Assembly (NCBI GenBank): GCA_963823665.1
Contig: CAWGMQ010000005.1
Location: forward strand, 1,664,001-1,728,000
Direction: 5' to 3'
Length of the DNA: 64,000 bases
Origin: an uncultured Planctomycetota bacterium
GTDB lineage: Bacteria > Planctomycetota > Planctomycetia > Isosphaerales > Isosphaeraceae
Position 1 is the stretch's first letter; every line of letters begins with the position of its first letter. The notes under the pieces were generated by a model. The model was not told where the DNA came from and searched no databases. It saw nothing but the letters and a program-made list of their open reading frames with translations. Positions 63,166 to 64,000 of the stretch are shown here, in pieces. The translations under genes were made by a program, and so were the position numbers.

Positions 63166-64000
63166 TCATGACTTGGCGGTCTTTACGATCAGGAGGAGTG
63201 GACGCCGGTTCTCCCACTCACCTGTTCCCTCGCGACTGACGCACTTGTAGTCGGAGTGGGAGTCGAACTGAGCAGCGCCCGAACGGAAGTCTTCGCTCAG
63301 GAATCGCAGCAAAACACCGTGGGTCTTGCGGCCGGCCTTTGTCTGGGCATGAACCAGCGCCGTTATATCGAAAACCTTCCAGCCCGTTCCCGGCTTGAAT
63401 TTGTAGGTTCCGATTGGGTCCGGGTCATATCTTGGCTGGGTTTTCCAGGAGACTCGTTCGGGCCAGTCTTCGGTGATCTCGAAGCCATGGATCGAACCGG
63501 GGCGTGGATGATGAACCGTTTCGCGAGAGTAAATCGCGATCAGGAATTGATGATCCGCGGCGGCCGCCTCCTCGGCCGGGAGATCCGGCCATTCGAGCAG
63601 GGCCCGGTTTCCCCCGTCGTTATTGCCGAGTCCGATATTGTCGACATCGCCGCGATCCCAGTTGGGCAAATACGAGAGAATCATGCTGTCCTTTGAGACC
63701 GGGACCGCGCGGACGATGCGATCGGAGACGAGTTTTGCGAGCTCCGCGTCGACGGTGGCACGCTGTTCGTCTCCCGAGCTTTTCTGCTGCGGATGCGCTC
63801 GGGCCGCCGGCTGAGTGAGCAACACGCCCGCGGTGACGAGCATTCCCGCGACGACGATCGCGACCACGGCCGTTTTGACTTGATGGAACAACATGACAGA
63901 AAACTCTCCATTCGCAAGGGCTCGCGCAACCACTGAACTGGCGCCGTGAGCCACACTGGTTCGATTCAGAAACTGAAAGACCGAAGAAACCGTGGCGTGC
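63166..64000 (-). CDS. 5'-truncated protein: TM linker + DNRLRE-like domain, probably the C-terminal part of an ECF sigma fusion
   Basis: Frame stays open to the window edge; S..ARALA.G...ML...K linker, TM helix, KDS.I.SY.P, W.E..SW.TQP, FDIT.LV, SRE....RP.L. Confidence 0.65.
   Translation of the reverse strand, partial: HATVSSVFQFLNRTSVAHGASSVVARALANGEFSVMLFHQVKTAVVAIVVAGMLVTAGVLLTQPAARAHPQQKSSGDEQRATVDAELAKLVSDRIVRAVPVSKDSMILSYLPNWDRGDVDNIGLGNNDGGNRALLEWPDLPAEEAAAADHQFLIAIYSRETVHHPRPGSIHGFEITEDWPERVSWKTQPRYDPDPIGTYKFKPGTGWKVFDITALVHAQTKAGRKTHGVLLRFLSEDFRSGAAQFDSHSDYKCVSREGTGEWENRRPLLLIVKTAKS

Noticed and set aside
63955..63975. tRNA T-loop-like GGTTCGATTC
   Set aside because: Lies inside a coding frame and no cloverleaf can be formed

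Overview
High-GC bacterial chromosomal window that looks like Planctomycetota, probably Isosphaeraceae/Singulisphaera-like. This rests on DUF1559, DUF1501, two PVC-type heme-CxxCH proteins, fae and an ECF-sigma-type C-terminal extension. About 55 genes are recognisable: housekeeping (argH, rsmA, ribE, pitA, bcp, ggt, Sir2, YbbN-like thioredoxin, a two-component pair) plus many secreted planctomycete-type proteins. Two accessory zones (about 1-6.4 kb and 25.9-38.9 kb) hold small genes, toxin-antitoxin-type modules, gene stubs left by internal deletions, several REP-like palindrome families and remnants of a RAYT-like transposase. At least 14 genes carry small frameshifts, most likely long-read assembly errors. 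The best candidates for something undescribed are: (i) an apparently leaderless, translationally coupled ParB/Srx-like + small helical protein pair (33575-34089) organised like a TA module; (ii) a Zn-ribbon/acyl-carrier fusion plus a paralog lacking the phosphopantetheine Ser; (iii) a bipartite non-coding element with conserved ends and variable interior; (iv) two copies of an identically broken RAYT-like fragment. I saw no tRNA, rRNA or CRISPR array. All family assignments come from motif recognition by eye; no database search was run.
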